Positions 30,406 through 41,724 of a DNA stretch of 64,000 nucleotides are shown here, piece by piece. The number at the start of each line of letters is the position of its first letter. Positions within the stretch are counted from its first letter, which is position 1. Source of the DNA: Tortispora ganteri. Lineage: Eukaryota. The position numbers were made by a program, and so were the translations under genes. The notes beneath the pieces were generated by a model. The model saw only the letters and a program-made list of their open reading frames with translations, searched no databases and was not told the origin of the DNA. The stretch lies in NCBI GenBank assembly GCA_003707115.1, contig PPNB01000006.1, forward strand, positions 248,001-312,000, in the 5' to 3' direction.

Positions 30406-32418
30406 TTAAGTGTTGCCATCTATTTCGAGTTTGACATCATTCAAGAGATTGACGTCAGAATCAGACTGCCGTTTGATCTCCGTTCCACCTAGAACAGTCT
30501 TAACTGATATGTCCGCTTCGGAAGCTGATTTTCGTATTTGAGCATGTGTGACAGACGACGATCTTCGCATCCTTGTGCTCAGGCTTCTTGTCAGGAACGT
30601 AAAACCGCTTTTCCATGTTGCGAAATCAGCAGCTGGTCTACCAGAGTGTTTTTGCAATGTATCATCCGGGGTGACATTGACAGCTCGTGTTATCATTATC
30701 ACGCCAGTCAGAATCACTAGGAACAGCGATTGCAACACTATCAGTCGCTTTTGGAATACAAGTTCCTGAGAAATCACTGAAGCTTCCATTTTAGTTTTAT
30801 AGTTTTGCGCAGATATTTCACTGAACGCCATCTGCCACATCTGAAGGTATTCTAAGCGCAGTCCTTGCAGCTGGTCACGAACCGTCTCATTCAAATTCGC
30901 TAAGAACGAGGCTAACTTCTCTCTCTGCTTCTTTTCAATATTGTTAAACGCAATCTGCAGCGTTTTGCTCTGCTGCTCTAGGTACTCAGTAGTGAGATTA
31001 TAATTAGTTTCCAGCGAGAGCAGCCGTTTCATCATATGCACATGAATAGGTTCCTGCGATCCAGTGCCCGATAGTGAAGGTACATTAACGCTAGGGTTAG
31101 CATTAGATGCCAATTTTTTTTTATAGTTGAATGCAGAAAGGTTAGCGGCAGACTGGTTATGGATCGCCAGACAGCGGCTGTTGAGATCAGTATATAGGGG
31201 TATTGTCATTAAGTATTTTTTGTTATCCCATGGACATAACAATGCAGGTGAGATTGATGAGTTTGTCGGCGAGTCTGAGGAGGAAGAAGGATTCAGTATT
31301 TCAACTGTATCGGAAGAGTTACTATCTGAAATGCAAAAGGTATCATGGACAATGTGGACTTCTTGTGCAGAGGAATTGCATGCCGCAAAAGAATGATGAT
31401 CACAAGGAGCGGCATTTGCAGGATCCGGCACGCTAGCGCCGTCGTTCAGCCCTTGGGAATCTACAAGTGTCGATTTCCCAGCAGAACAAGCCACGGGGGT
31501 ATCGACCGGATAAGTAGAACAATAAGTATGTGTATCAGATAAGTGCATATGAGGATCACATGCAGCCGTATGCCGATTAAAGGCAGCAACAGGCGCGGGT
31601 ACAGAAGGCGTAGGCGACGGTGAAAGAGGATTGCGGGAACGGAACTGGTCCAATACCGTTTTACCGTAGACACCGATGTAAGATATAGGACAATAATATT
31701 CGTTGCCCCAGTAGGATAGAAACTCAAAGCGAATGTATCTTCCCCAGACGGGGCAAGAGAGTGCGAAGTACTGAGGAGAACGGGTGTTTTGTGCGGTGAA
31801 CTGTTTGAGAAGAGTGTAATGATTTGGATCTGAAGAGTATGATTCGGCAACAGAGACAGTAAAAGCTTTGAACATTGAAGAGAAGTATTCGTAGTTTGCA
31901 AGGACTATTGTGTCGACGTTGATGTCTTCGCAGAGTTCTATAACGACATATTTCGAAGAGGCTGAACACTTTGAGAGCATGTAAGAATCTTTATTTTCAG
32001 AGAGGATTGAGGAAGCGCCTTTTGATTCTGGATTCGAAGCCAGTATCTTTGCACCACAAGTAGAAGAAGCAAAATTTATTCGTTCTTTTATGTAAGAAGC
32101 GAAGTCGATCGCGTTGGATCCAGGATTTGGGGTATCGTGAACAGCGATGTTTTCTTGTAAAGACAAATCGATATTCACATCAAGAGATTCAAATGCTATT
32201 TCTTCCTGGAGTTGTTCAACTTCTTTTAGTTTCTTCCAAGACTCAAATTGAAGGAGTTCTGGTTCTGGTTCTGATTCCATTGACGGTGAAGGCTTCACTG
32301 GCTCGATTGGGGGCGCTAGTGATTCATTGCGATCACATTGACCAGTAAATAATCGTGAAAGTTGGTCATGTATCAGTAGAGCACTAGCAGCCTCAATAAA
32401 GATCAAAAACAGTATCAT
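30406..32418 (-). CDS. SLP1: SUN-like ER membrane protein
   Basis: Signal peptide, KERINFASSTCGAKIL, ILSENKDSYML, VIELCEDI, LANYEYFSSMFK, MKRLLSLETN...YLEQQS coiled coil, C-terminal TM. Confidence 0.92.
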   Translation of the reverse strand: MILFLIFIEAASALLIHDQLSRLFTGQCDRNESLAPPIEPVKPSPSMESEPEPELLQFESWKKLKEVEQLQEEIAFESLDVNIDLSLQENIAVHDTPNPGSNAIDFASYIKERINFASSTCGAKILASNPESKGASSILSENKDSYMLSKCSASSKYVVIELCEDINVDTIVLANYEYFSSMFKAFTVSVAESYSSDPNHYTLLKQFTAQNTRSPQYFALSCPVWGRYIRFEFLSYWGNEYYCPISYIGVYGKTVLDQFRSRNPLSPSPTPSVPAPVAAFNRHTAACDPHMHLSDTHTYCSTYPVDTPVACSAGKSTLVDSQGLNDGASVPDPANAAPCDHHSFAACNSSAQEVHIVHDTFCISDSNSSDTVEILNPSSSSDSPTNSSISPALLCPWDNKKYLMTIPLYTDLNSRCLAIHNQSAANLSAFNYKKKLASNANPSVNVPSLSGTGSQEPIHVHMMKRLLSLETNYNLTTEYLEQQSKTLQIAFNNIEKKQREKLASFLANLNETVRDQLQGLRLEYLQMWQMAFSEISAQNYKTKMEASVISQELVFQKRLIVLQSLFLVILTGVIMITRAVNVTPDDTLQKHSGRPAADFATWKSGFTFLTRSLSTRMRRSSSVTHAQIRKSASEADISVKTVLGGTEIKRQSDSDVNLLNDVKLEIDGNT

Positions 32419-32684
32419 ATATAACGACACTTATTTAGATCTTTTGCTTATTGGTGGATTAATATAAACGTTTAATGTGATTTATTTGATCGCTGTCCTT
32501 GTATCTAAGAAAAACCACTCATAATGTCTCTTTGCCGTCCTTTTTTTATAAAAAAACCTTAATTTAAAACCCATCTTAAGAAAAAACACACTCACACAAA
32601 CACACCCTCATAGACGTGTTCTTCATTATTTGCAGCATTTTTATTAAAACTAGCAACCAATTATCACATCACATCATTCAAATT

Positions 32685-35429
32685 ATGCAACAAAATAGCA
32701 GTCATGGTATGCTACAAAGGTTCTTTGATTCACCACACCTCACTCCCTTCTTATGCCTGTATTACATCGCAAAGTACCCTGATTCAATAGGTATACAATT
32801 CTATCTATGTAACAAGTTACGAAACTACTCCCATTCAGAAATAATCTTCTTTTTGCCTCAAATATGTCAGGTTCTTGTCACAGTGAAAACAGAATCAACC
32901 GCTTTGCAAGACTTCCTCATAGAAGTTTGCACAAAGTCAGTACACTGTGCCTTGCTGGCGTTCTGGCAGCTTGAAGCTTACCTCCATGACTTCTCTCCTC
33001 TATCTGACTCCTTTTCCTTCAACCTTTGCAAAGACCTCTTTAACCAAATACAGTCCTTGATGTTCAATATAGCATCCACTGAAACATCCGCATCTACCGC
33101 ATCTCCCGCCCCTTCAATAGTCGCTATTGGCGCAATGCTCGCCGCCCCAGCGTTCCCTTATATGCCGATCATTTCTTCACAAATGGTCCTCTCTCAGAGT
33201 AAAGCTAAGCGTTCTCACGATTATGCTCTTTTGCCAACTTCATCAGACTCATCTACCAGGCAACGATCACGCTCCTCCACCCTCCCTCACTCTTCAACAA
33301 TCTCTACGCTCAATCAAAAATCCCCATCATCTCCTTCCGCAAACTCTCCGGCCACCACCTATGCAAACATATACTCTCGAGCTGACACAATATCAATGCC
33401 AGACTTATATACTGTCGCCCCCGACTCCTCATCGATCAAGTCAATCCGTTCTGTTTCTTCCAAGTCGAGCTCAAAGTGGAGAAAATTAAAGAGCTCCCGC
33501 CCTTTCAGAGACATAAAGAAATCGCACTTGTCCTCGCGCGAGAAATCTCGCTTTCTTAAAGCTCACTACTTTCACACTACAACACAATTTTATCACGCAA
33601 TACAAGCAATATCTACTCGTCTCATACAAGTGCCAAAACCTGCTCGCTTGTCTGCTCTCCGCGCAGAACTCGCCCTTCTCAACAACGAGCTGCCAGCTGA
33701 AGCTGATTTACCTTACATGATAGAAATTGAAGGATTTAGCCAGGAACCAACTCTATCTAGAATAGTTCGCATACCTCCTGCTGAATGCACAGTCCTTAAT
33801 TCTGCAGAACGCGTCCCGTTCTTGCTTCTCATAGAGGTCTTAAAAAACGATCTCGATTTTGACATACACTCTCCCAGAAACGAGGAAATCATCAAGAAAC
33901 GCAATAATGACAGCCCTTACCTTTTTGATCTTGACTCAAAAACAAATCTCTCCCCTTATAACGCAGCACTGAGCTCCGAACTTGTCGAGAATCCCGCTGT
34001 TGTACAGGAAACTGAACTTGGAGACCTGTCCACTGCCAAGCTCTCGACAGATGCTGAACCAGACATTCTTAACGATGTTTGCACACACAGAAATTTCATG
34101 CAGAACAACTACCTTGAATCCGACCTTCTCCCGATTCCAGGAGCCGATCGCTCAGAACTACATCGCGAAATGAGGTCCAACTCACCCAGGAGTTCAAACT
34201 TGTCTTTTTCATCTTCATACCCAACTCACCGCAGAGTAACTCCTCGTTCGCACACCGAAGTTACCGATGTGGCCACACAAATGCGTACAGCCTCCATAAT
34301 GCTAGCACAACTTGACGGGCCGTCTGGCTCAAAGCTGCCTAAGGATCAGGTGGCCAGTATCAAAGCCCGTATAATATCGAGCATGCAAGACTATGAAGAG
34401 CACAGTATCTTCTCAGATATTAACTTGTTAGGCAGCGAGGCCGGCGATAGGCGCACAGAGAACGATTTCAAAACAGGTGGTATAGCTAGCCACAGCTCTG
34501 ACGATCCCAGTGCCGCCAGCTTTGGAGAAGAATGGCAGAAAAAGCGAGAAAGAATTCGTCAAATGTCACCATATGGTCATCTACCTAACTGGGAACTGGT
34601 ATCTGTAATCGCCAAAACTGGCAGCGATCTAAGGCAAGAAGCTCTGGCTTGCCAGTTGATTCAGGCATGCGCCAAGCTGTGGCGTAACGCCGAAGTGGAT
34701 GTATGGGTGAGGCCTATGAAAATTTTGATCACTGGCGAAGATAGCGGGCTCATGGAAACCATTACAAATGGTATCAGCATACATTCATTGAAAAAGGCAT
34801 TAACTAGTGCGACAGTAGTCGCTGGCACTAACCCTAAAGGGAATATTGCTACCTTAAAGGACTACTTTGTTGATCGTTTTGGTGAACCAGGGGTTTCAGA
34901 AACATATATCAAAGCTCAGCGCGAGTTCATGAGATCTTTGGTTGCATATTCACTCATTTGTTATATTCTACAGATCAAAGATCGTCATAACGGCAACATA
35001 CTTTTGGATAACCAAGGACATATTATTCACATTGATTTTGGATTCATGCTTTCGAATTCGCCAGGTAGAGTGGGATTTGAAGCTGTTCCATTTAAATTCA
35101 CCTATGAGTATCTTGAGATCCTCGGTGGAGAAGACTCTGAAATGATGAACGAGTTTCGATCGCTAATGAAACAGGCCTTTTTAGCACTTCGTAAGAACGC
35201 TGATTACCTCGTTGGAATCGTGGAGATGATGCAGAAAGAGTCGACGTTGCCATGCTTTATGTATGGTCCAGCTACATCTCAGCAGATGCGACAAAGATTT
35301 CAGCTGCAATTGAGCGATTCCGACTGCGAAAACTTTGTGGATCAAGTGCTCATCCTGAAGAGTGTTGGCAGCAGGTACACATCGTTATACGATCAGTACC
35401 AGCTTCTCACGCAGGGAATCTACAGCTAG
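32685..35429 (+). CDS. PIK1: Phosphatidylinositol 4-kinase III-beta
   Basis: MLQRFFDS, FFLPQICQ, VLNSAERVPFLLLIEV, SVIAKTGSDLRQE, QIKDRHNGN, HIDFGF, terminal YQLLTQGIYS. Confidence 0.97.
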   Translation: MQQNSSHGMLQRFFDSPHLTPFLCLYYIAKYPDSIGIQFYLCNKLRNYSHSEIIFFLPQICQVLVTVKTESTALQDFLIEVCTKSVHCALLAFWQLEAYLHDFSPLSDSFSFNLCKDLFNQIQSLMFNIASTETSASTASPAPSIVAIGAMLAAPAFPYMPIISSQMVLSQSKAKRSHDYALLPTSSDSSTRQRSRSSTLPHSSTISTLNQKSPSSPSANSPATTYANIYSRADTISMPDLYTVAPDSSSIKSIRSVSSKSSSKWRKLKSSRPFRDIKKSHLSSREKSRFLKAHYFHTTTQFYHAIQAISTRLIQVPKPARLSALRAELALLNNELPAEADLPYMIEIEGFSQEPTLSRIVRIPPAECTVLNSAERVPFLLLIEVLKNDLDFDIHSPRNEEIIKKRNNDSPYLFDLDSKTNLSPYNAALSSELVENPAVVQETELGDLSTAKLSTDAEPDILNDVCTHRNFMQNNYLESDLLPIPGADRSELHREMRSNSPRSSNLSFSSSYPTHRRVTPRSHTEVTDVATQMRTASIMLAQLDGPSGSKLPKDQVASIKARIISSMQDYEEHSIFSDINLLGSEAGDRRTENDFKTGGIASHSSDDPSAASFGEEWQKKRERIRQMSPYGHLPNWELVSVIAKTGSDLRQEALACQLIQACAKLWRNAEVDVWVRPMKILITGEDSGLMETITNGISIHSLKKALTSATVVAGTNPKGNIATLKDYFVDRFGEPGVSETYIKAQREFMRSLVAYSLICYILQIKDRHNGNILLDNQGHIIHIDFGFMLSNSPGRVGFEAVPFKFTYEYLEILGGEDSEMMNEFRSLMKQAFLALRKNADYLVGIVEMMQKESTLPCFMYGPATSQQMRQRFQLQLSDSDCENFVDQVLILKSVGSRYTSLYDQYQLLTQGIYS

Positions 35430-35785
35430 ATGACGAGCAAAAAGTAAGGAAGCAAAATTACGAAACGTGTGATTTCGCCTTTTTTTATAAATACCTGTCG
35501 CACTTATTATGTGCCTCTTTACGGTTTAATGGCTGTATGAGGCTTCAATGACATTCCCGCTAAATGATAGCGGCCTCTGATTGGTTGACTGACGTTGCCC
35601 TTTCAACCTTAATTCTGTCTGATCGCAAGTACTACCTACTACCCCGCGAGAGAAAATCTGTCTAATTTAAAAAAAAACCAGTACTTATCATTAGCTGCAC
35701 ACGATTCCAGCTATTTTTATTTGTTTGCTGATAGTATTGTATTTTAGTAATAAAGCGCCTAAACCCATATTAGGAAGCTATAAAC

Positions 35786-36400
35786 ATGTCTTTTAACAGC
35801 ATCCCTGAAGCGTTAGAAGCTTTCAAGAACGGCGAGTTCCTCGTAGTGATGGACGACGAAGGCCGCGAGAACGAAGGTGATCTTATCATTGCAGCGGAAC
35901 ACTTCACGACAGAGAAAGCGGCGTTTCTCGTTAAGTATTCGAGTGGTCTCGTGTGCGCGCCAATGTCCTGTTCTCGAGCCGATGAGCTCGATCTTCCGCT
36001 GATGGTGCCGGGCGGATCGGACCGACATGGCACTGCATATACACTGACTACCGACTATATACACGGAACTACCACCGGAATATCAGCTCACGATAGATCT
36101 TTGACTATATCGAAATTCGCTGACCCGTCGGCCACTTCTGCCGACTTCATGCGACCAGGACACGTACTGCCACTTCGTGCCCGCGATGGCGGCGTCCTCG
36201 AGCGACGGGGACACACTGAAGCCGCAATAGACTTGTGCAAGCTTTCCGGCTGCTTTCCTGCGGCTGCTATTTGCGAAATTACTGCTGACGACGGATCGAT
36301 TGCTAAGAGAGATTTCTGTCTCAAGTTTGCCGCTGAAAACAACCTAAAGATAATCACTATCGATGCCCTTGCCGAGCATATTGGAAAGCAGCAGAGTTGA
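35786..36400 (+). CDS. RIB3: 3,4-dihydroxy-2-butanone-4-phosphate synthase
   Basis: VMDDEGRENEGDL, TTTGISAHDR, RPGHV, RRGHTEAA. Confidence 0.98.
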   Translation: MSFNSIPEALEAFKNGEFLVVMDDEGRENEGDLIIAAEHFTTEKAAFLVKYSSGLVCAPMSCSRADELDLPLMVPGGSDRHGTAYTLTTDYIHGTTTGISAHDRSLTISKFADPSATSADFMRPGHVLPLRARDGGVLERRGHTEAAIDLCKLSGCFPAAAICEITADDGSIAKRDFCLKFAAENNLKIITIDALAEHIGKQQS

Positions 36401-36546
36401 GCCCGCATCATGTTCGTTCTGTCCACGTATTATCTTTCATATTTCCTTTTCTGTATCGACTTCCGCCCTATCATTGTAACGAGCTAAAATTACTGAACAC
36501 GAAAGGCTTGCGGTCCATGCCAGTTTAGTGTAATGCATCTATTTTC

Positions 36547-38568
36547 TTATAGTAACAGTTCTAGAACTGTAGACTTCAGCCTTGTAATAGACATCGGCAT
36601 AAAATCTTCTTCCAGCCGTGGTTTTCCATAAACAATATTCTTCTGGAAGTATACCAACAAGAATCTGTTTTTGAGATTTCCTGTTTCGCTAATAGAGTAC
36701 ACTTTAGCTCCGCTAGGATCAGTGTAGCTCGTAGATCGGAAAACAAGACCATTAGATTCGCACAATCTTTCGACAGCCTCTTTTATTGTTTCTTCTTCAA
36801 CATTGTTCTTTTGTCGCGCAGCGTTTCCTTTAAATATATCAACCATTATCTGCACTTCATCTTCATCAGCATTCATAATCCTAATAGCGTGGTCCTTCGC
36901 TGACAACCAATCATCAGGGAAATTTCCTCCAAATACCGCACGTTCAAAAATTGCCCATATATCATTAAACATTTTCATAACTTCAGGATCAGAAGGCGAT
37001 TCTATACATAACTCACAAACTCTATCCATAAGCATGGTGAGAACAGGGTTGTAGATCTCGCCTTGATATTGTGGAAACAAAGAAGTCAACTTCACCAGGC
37101 CATATATGATAAATTCATAATCTCCATAGTGTTCGCTTCTAATAGCTGAGCAGGCACTTCTCACAGCAGCTGAAACTGAATTGGTAACCAGTCTTTGTTT
37201 CAATGGTTTGTCCAGTATTCCTATGTAAGCTTCAACAGCTTCGAGATCGCGTCTTGTGGAAATATTATACTGACGTATGTCGGTGTCAAGTCTATTATAT
37301 AGCAGCTCTTGAGTGATATTCCAGATATCACTTTCAATACTAGAGTACAGCCATGGAAAAAGAAGCTTTTGAAACTCTTGTTTGGTAGAATGTAGGTGTA
37401 AAACAACCGACTCAAAATAAGGTGTCAGAATTTCATTCAATATAGCATTCATGGTATGAGAAGGAAGCAATACTTTCCATTTTTCCAAAAAATTGCGAAA
37501 TTCAGTCTCGGAGTGGGTTGAAAGAGGTTTGTATTTCCGATAGATCGCCGGAAGCCAATACTTAGTAAATATTAAGCTGTACCACGGTGATCCTACTGCG
37601 TTCCAAGTTTGGAATAGATCGTACAAGTAATTAGGTGATAGGCTTGGATCCCAAACGGCCAAAAAATCTTCTAGCAAGGGAGACAACAAGGCAGCGATGA
37701 GTTCGTCGATGTCAAGAGACGGCGCATTCTCTGGTGTGATGGAACCTTTCAGCTCGATTAGCTGAGTAATTGGAAATGACTGGATATCTACCGTATAAGG
37801 TAGAAGGTCCTCAATTGACTTCAATGCAGCAGCTAAAGACGTTGTTTGATCACTATCAAGGAAAAGTTGTTCTTGAGCTTTTAGCGATATGTGCGCGGTG
37901 AGGTTTTCTTTGTTTGCTGACCACTTGGAGCACAGATTTGTCAAAGCAATGACAAATTCGCGCACGTAATCAGATTCATCTTGAGACAAGTCAGACCAGG
38001 CCAGATGTTCTTGAAATTGGCGCAGCAGTTCAGTGGATTCCGGATCGAGAACACCTTCGATTTTCTGAGTCAAAATTGCTAGTTTCGATCGCAGATGTAC
38101 GGCGGCATTTTCTGCTACTGGTGGCGACACATTTGTGGATTTTGTGCTTCCCAGTCCAGACCTTCCTTCAGAAGCAGTCTGTTCAATTGGGTTCACTATA
38201 CCTTTGCCTGACTGGCCCAGACCTTGACCAGGTCTGTAACCCATTTTGGCCATCAGCTTTGCGCCCACGCCATACTTTTGTTCGTGCGAGGGGAGTACTG
38301 ATTCAGCTGCGGTAAACGCAAGCCGGTTATCTGAGAATGACTGCTGAGCTGTGACAGTAGGAGTACTTGATGTGACGAATGTAGAAGTGTTACCAAAGAT
38401 GATACGTTTGGAGAGACTAGGCTGATCTTCGCGATCGCTGGCGTCGTCGCTGGACGCAGTAGCAAATACACCCAGCATTTTGTCATCCTCAGTAAGGCGG
38501 CTGTGCGAGCGGTTCGGGAAGAATTCTTGGTCGGAATTCTCAGCCGATGAAGTCGAATCAGATTCCAT
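36547..38568 (-). CDS. SPP382: G-patch spliceosome disassembly factor (Ntr1/Spp382/TFIP11-like)
   Basis: G-patch GVGAKLMAKMGYRPGQGLGQSGKGIVNPI, helical GCFC-like region (PLLEDFLAVWDP), C-terminal TIKEAVERLCESNGLVF. Confidence 0.75.
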   Translation of the reverse strand: MESDSTSSAENSDQEFFPNRSHSRLTEDDKMLGVFATASSDDASDREDQPSLSKRIIFGNTSTFVTSSTPTVTAQQSFSDNRLAFTAAESVLPSHEQKYGVGAKLMAKMGYRPGQGLGQSGKGIVNPIEQTASEGRSGLGSTKSTNVSPPVAENAAVHLRSKLAILTQKIEGVLDPESTELLRQFQEHLAWSDLSQDESDYVREFVIALTNLCSKWSANKENLTAHISLKAQEQLFLDSDQTTSLAAALKSIEDLLPYTVDIQSFPITQLIELKGSITPENAPSLDIDELIAALLSPLLEDFLAVWDPSLSPNYLYDLFQTWNAVGSPWYSLIFTKYWLPAIYRKYKPLSTHSETEFRNFLEKWKVLLPSHTMNAILNEILTPYFESVVLHLHSTKQEFQKLLFPWLYSSIESDIWNITQELLYNRLDTDIRQYNISTRRDLEAVEAYIGILDKPLKQRLVTNSVSAAVRSACSAIRSEHYGDYEFIIYGLVKLTSLFPQYQGEIYNPVLTMLMDRVCELCIESPSDPEVMKMFNDIWAIFERAVFGGNFPDDWLSAKDHAIRIMNADEDEVQIMVDIFKGNAARQKNNVEEETIKEAVERLCESNGLVFRSTSYTDPSGAKVYSISETGNLKNRFLLVYFQKNIVYGKPRLEEDFMPMSITRLKSTVLELLL

Positions 38569-38775
38569 TGTTATTGTATAATGCGCGGCATCTACGTTGT
38601 GGTGGAGGAGGATCGGTGGGTAGATTGGGTGGGAGAAACAGATAGAAGAGCGGGAAATAGCCGCCGGCTAATCGATGGCAAGGCAGGGCAGCACATTAAA
38701 CAGTAGAAACACATATACTCTATATATGTACAGAAATAAAACAATTCAGCGGACAGCGACAAGGTTGCAAGGCAA

Positions 38776-39486
38776 TCAGGCGGCGTCGTAGCGCGCAGAA
38801 ACCTCGGACCAGTTAATGACGTTCCAGATAGCCTGGAAGTACTCGACCTTTCTGTTCTCGTATTGCAGGTAGTAAGCGTGTTCCCACGCATCGACACCTA
38901 GAAGAGGAACATAGGGAGAGAGAACTGGGTCTTGGTTCTGCTTGTTGAGAACCTCTAAGTTACCGGTCTCCTTATTCTTGACCAGCCAGGTCCAGCCGGA
39001 GCCTTGAATAGCGGCAAGTTTCGCGTTGAACAATTTGATAAAACCGTCCTTGCCACCGAAAGTCTCGGTAATAGCCTTATCAAGTGCGGTTCCAGTAGCG
39101 TAGGCACCACCGCCATTAGAAGTGGGTGCGAGATTCTTCCAGAACAAGGAGTGGTTGATGTGGCCGCCACCGTGGAAGTTGATGACGGGACCGAGCTCAA
39201 TCTGAGCCTTAACGTCGCCGGAGCTTTCGGCAGCGGCAAGTTTCTCGATAGCGGCATTGTACGAAGTCACATAAGTGTTGTGGTGCTTCTTGTGATGCAA
39301 TTCCATAATCTCGCCGGAAATGTGGGGTTCAAGTGCATTATAAGCATACGGCAACTCGGGTAAGGTAGCCTTGCCGCGGATAGTAGTCATCCTGGATAAG
39401 TTTGAAGCAGTTCGTGCAATTGGTCTGGTAGAAGACAAAATAGCTCCTAAACGGGCAGTGGCTTGAGCGGTAGTGGAGTAATTCAT
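38776..39486 (-). CDS. SOD2: Manganese superoxide dismutase with mitochondrial presequence
   Basis: [50 protein letters not shown]. Confidence 0.97.
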   Translation of the reverse strand: MNYSTTAQATARLGAILSSTRPIARTASNLSRMTTIRGKATLPELPYAYNALEPHISGEIMELHHKKHHNTYVTSYNAAIEKLAAAESSGDVKAQIELGPVINFHGGGHINHSLFWKNLAPTSNGGGAYATGTALDKAITETFGGKDGFIKLFNAKLAAIQGSGWTWLVKNKETGNLEVLNKQNQDPVLSPYVPLLGVDAWEHAYYLQYENRKVEYFQAIWNVINWSEVSARYDAA

Positions 39487-40074
39487 ATTGCAAGGGGGTT
39501 CTTAAATAGTTCGCGCAAAAGGTGCAATTGGCTGGCTTATTAAGGTGTACAATCGAGTTCTAGGATCGCAGCGAGCCGCAGACAACCTTAAGCTTTTCAC
39601 AGCTTAAGGTTAGTTACTTCGTTATCAAATGACGTTAAATTCGGCTGATTTCGAGGCCAATAATCCGTGTTGTCTCAGCTACTACCGAAGATCTGCCATT
39701 GTATGACCAATTTCGGCAATTTATTCCAAATAAAATCAAAAAAACGTCATTCAATAGTTAACTGAATTGAGAAAATAAGACTATTAGTAAGGGACTTTAA
39801 TGTAAAGTTAAGCTGGGCACCTTCCCGGTATGGTGAATTTGCTCATCCCAATTTGACCTCAATTTGAGCAATTTATACCCTATTAGAGAAAGCTTTCTTG
39901 CATATATATTATATTACTAATATATTAGTATAGTCATTATTAATTAATAGGAGAAAAAGCAGAAAATATTAGCAAAAATTATAAAACCTCGTTCATAACC
40001 GTGTTGTTGTTACTGTAGTCGTGTATCGTATCATGTCGTGACACTCATGCTGTGTGTTGTTGCCTAACGAGTAT

Positions 40075-41724
40075 TCAAGCTTTGCGCAGCCCGTAGTAGA
40101 GGTACGTACCGCGAGTATGAGCCTGACGTTGTCCGGAAACTTTTGCCAGTGCAGCCGCCGAAACCGCACAGTTGATCTTGCGTGATGCAACAGACAGTTG
40201 CTTCAAGTTCATGTCCATACCTAGAAGTCGTGTAGCACGCGGCTTCGATTCCCACTTGCAATGGCCCGATGAGCAGTTCATCGAACCGCAGTACTGGAGA
40301 CGGTCATCATACTGCTCCTTAGTTCCCTTGCAGATCCAGCCACGATATCCCTGACCAATAATAGGAGTGCAGTCGGGTACATGTACCCCTTCTAAGTTCT
40401 CCACTATCTTCGACGTCACTTCGTAGATCGTCACCGAGGGGTGGTTTAGTATACCGCCTTGGATGCTCCAGATAGACACTTCAGGGTGGTCTGTAAGGTC
40501 CAGGTAGCTCAAGTTAGGCAGAATCTCAGTCGTTATAGAAAAAATAGCGTCAATAGGAATCTCGCAGTATCCAAGACCCAGAGCTTCCAACTGCTTGGGA
40601 AGCATCTGCAGATGGCGTTCCTGCACAGTGACGCCGGTCAAATTGAGGTTTGTTAGAGTAGATAAGCATGGTGCATAGTTCAAAATGGTTCCAAGGGCGT
40701 CATTATGGTCCAATGGGCTGATGCGTGTGACATCGCACTGCAAGTTTAGGTACTTCAAGTTCCTGGCAGCTGGATGTGAGATCAGGAAGTTAGCAATGCC
40801 TTCTCCTGTGAGACGGATGCTTTTGGCGAGCGAAAGTTCCATCAGCTCTGCGGATACTGGGATCTTCATGAGTCCTTCGTCTGTGATCTGAGTGTGTGTA
40901 AGGTCCAAGTGTGTCAGACTAGGCAGTCTTGAAAGGAGATTCTCTAAATTCTTAGAACTGAGCGTAGAGCATTCATGAAGGCCCAATCTACGCAGAGACA
41001 GAACAGCATCAGGTAGGACTACCTGATCAAAAGCAGTCACAAAGCGATTGGAAGTAGCGCCGCAAAAATCAAGTCCTTGAAGGCTGTGGAATTCAGTAAA
41101 AAGAGCTCGCAAAAGGTCTGCGTCAATGTCGTCTTCTATGGTCTCGGAGGCCAGGAAGTCTATAATGTTAGGGGTCAAGTGCAAGGCACGTAGGATCGTT
41201 TTGTTAGTGACCATAGTGATTTCCTGATTCATCTTTCTGGTACGGCCGAGGCCTACGGAGGTAAAATCAGCGAAGTCAATGCATTTAACTAACTTGCCGT
41301 TGCTGGGTCGAGCCTCTAGTTCGCGGAGAAAGTTATAGAATGCAGTCGGGTGGCCAAAAGCGGCATGAGCATACAAAACCTCTAAACCCAAGTTGTACCA
41401 ACGCTTACAGACAGGGAGAATAGTGCGTCGGAATGTTGATAGCTTAGAGTAGACGGATCCATCAGAAGAGTCTTGGAGAACAAGCTGGAAAATCTGCAAG
41501 AGGATCTCATTTGGAAGAGTGTACAAAAGTCCAGTTCTTTTCAGGTTGGACATGTTATTCATAGATGCCAGGTTCAAAGTAGAGTTGCAGTAAGAAGGAG
41601 ACGAAGAAAAATATCGTGAGTCCCAAGCCATGAATTGTTCAGGGTCCAATTGCCTGTTTGAAGCAGAGTTATTCCACGATTCGGTACGAGCGAAATCAAC
41701 AGGCGCACAGGTAACGATAGACAT
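40075..41724 (-). CDS. F-box/leucine-rich-repeat protein (YLR352W-like)
   Basis: F-box LYTLPNEILLQIF...VCKRW, DFTSVGLGRT, FLASETIEDD, LDFCG, LRRLGLHEC, LTHLDLTHTQIT, C-terminal RGTYLYY. Confidence 0.85.
   Translation of the reverse strand: MSIVTCAPVDFARTESWNNSASNRQLDPEQFMAWDSRYFSSSPSYCNSTLNLASMNNMSNLKRTGLLYTLPNEILLQIFQLVLQDSSDGSVYSKLSTFRRTILPVCKRWYNLGLEVLYAHAAFGHPTAFYNFLRELEARPSNGKLVKCIDFADFTSVGLGRTRKMNQEITMVTNKTILRALHLTPNIIDFLASETIEDDIDADLLRALFTEFHSLQGLDFCGATSNRFVTAFDQVVLPDAVLSLRRLGLHECSTLSSKNLENLLSRLPSLTHLDLTHTQITDEGLMKIPVSAELMELSLAKSIRLTGEGIANFLISHPAARNLKYLNLQCDVTRISPLDHNDALGTILNYAPCLSTLTNLNLTGVTVQERHLQMLPKQLEALGLGYCEIPIDAIFSITTEILPNLSYLDLTDHPEVSIWSIQGGILNHPSVTIYEVTSKIVENLEGVHVPDCTPIIGQGYRGWICKGTKEQYDDRLQYCGSMNCSSGHCKWESKPRATRLLGMDMNLKQLSVASRKINCAVSAAALAKVSGQRQAHTRGTYLYYGLRKA

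Noticed and set aside
39915..39930. 16-bp palindrome TACTAATATATTAGTA in an AT-rich patch as an origin or centromere element
   Set aside because: Nearly all A/T in a terminator-like region, so likely by chance. No CDE or ARS context can be supported.
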